Positions 63,266-64,000 of a stretch of 64,000 bases of DNA are shown one piece after another (within the stretch, counting starts at the first letter, position 1; every line of letters starts with the position of its first letter). The translations under genes and the position numbers were made by a program. The stretch is from the human T2T-CHM13v2.0 reference genome, Homo sapiens. The DNA is taken from assembly GCF_009914755.1 (NCBI RefSeq), contig NC_060943.1. One strand, 5' to 3'. The notes under the pieces are model-generated. The model was not told the DNA's origin. It made no database searches and saw only the letters and a list, made by a program, of their open reading frames with translations.

Positions 63266-63869
63266 TCCCGTTTGAAGGTTGCCTCCCACATCTGCCTTCC
63301 GCCAAGGCCCGGGCTCTGACCCGCCGTCTGAATGCCTGACTCCAACCGCACATCTGTGGGGTAATTGTCTCCTACGACCACAAGGTACTGAGGCAAATTA
63401 TAGTTACGGGGCGGGGGCCTCCATGTGGGCGAACTGCGTCCGCTGGGCCGGGCTCTGCCGGCCTCAGCTGGGCAGGATGACCGAGGCATGGCCCCACTAG
63501 GGTCAGGAAAGCTCACGCCCAGCCCTTCCCCTCGCCCCTCCCCACACACCAGCCAGTCCTTTGCCAGGCCTCCATCTTTAGTGCCAGGATGAAAATGCCT
63601 TTTGCAAAAATCAGCAGGAAACTCCAATATTTGCAAAACCCTGACTTTCTATTCATGCATACATTCCTGCATTCAACAGATCTGTTACGGAGCGCCTACT
63701 CTGAGCCAGGCACTGTTCCAGGCACTGAGGCCAAAGCAGTGAATGAGACCAACACAATTCTCAGCCCTCCTGAAATCAACACCCCACTGGGGGAGACAGG
63801 CAAGAAATAGGGAATAGTCATCAGTGCTTTGAAGAAAAAGCAGGAAAGTGATCTTGGGGGCCCAGGGGA

Positions 63870-64000
63870 GTTATTTTATTTTATTTTATTTTATTTATTT
63901 TATTTTATTTATTTGAGACGGAGTCTCACTCTGTCGCCAGGCTGGAGTGCAATGGCGCGATCTCGGGTCCCTGCAACCTCCGCCTCCTGGGTTCAAGTGA
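63870..64000 (-). mobile_element. Antisense Alu truncated by the window end
   Basis: (TTTTA)n tail and Alu right arm. Confidence 0.93.

Noticed and set aside
61134-63339. 713-aa and 730-aa ORFs, and antisense R/E/G-rich ORFs
   Set aside because: S/L/P-only translations of CT repeat; stops are absent because of base composition; no splice or domain evidence

Overview
Primate (human-like), GC-rich, very Alu-dense genomic DNA. The + strand carries CELF5 (BRUNOL5, a neuronal CUGBP/Elav-like RNA-binding protein; human 19p13.3 by recognition). The window holds coding exons 2-12 (2353-44816), a 3'-UTR intron and a terminal exon ending near AATAAA at 48426. Exon 1 lies upstream of the window. All coding exons have AG/GT boundaries and join in one frame (end of RRM1, RRM2, divergent domain, RRM3). 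The rest is intron or intergenic: dozens of Alus, L1/L2/MIR/MaLR/MER20 remnants, a nested ERV1 solo LTR, microsatellites and a 759-bp tandem duplication of CT-rich DNA. No prokaryotic system, CRISPR array, rRNA or tRNA is present, and nearly all other ORFs are Alu or low-complexity artefacts. The most interesting signals are regulatory and remain hypotheses: (1) a ladder of YAG|GT sites in the 3'-UTR intron that could tune UTR length, possibly by recursive splicing, while keeping the junction 40 nt after the stop; (2) complementary G-rich and C-rich GC-box arrays bracketing exons 5-9 (579 nt, frame-closed); (3) candidate internal promoters giving an RRM1-less protein; (4) an alternative acceptor in exon 11 predicted to trigger NMD; (5) a wide-spacer REST/RE1 site downstream. 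Repeat coordinates are approximate, read by eye.
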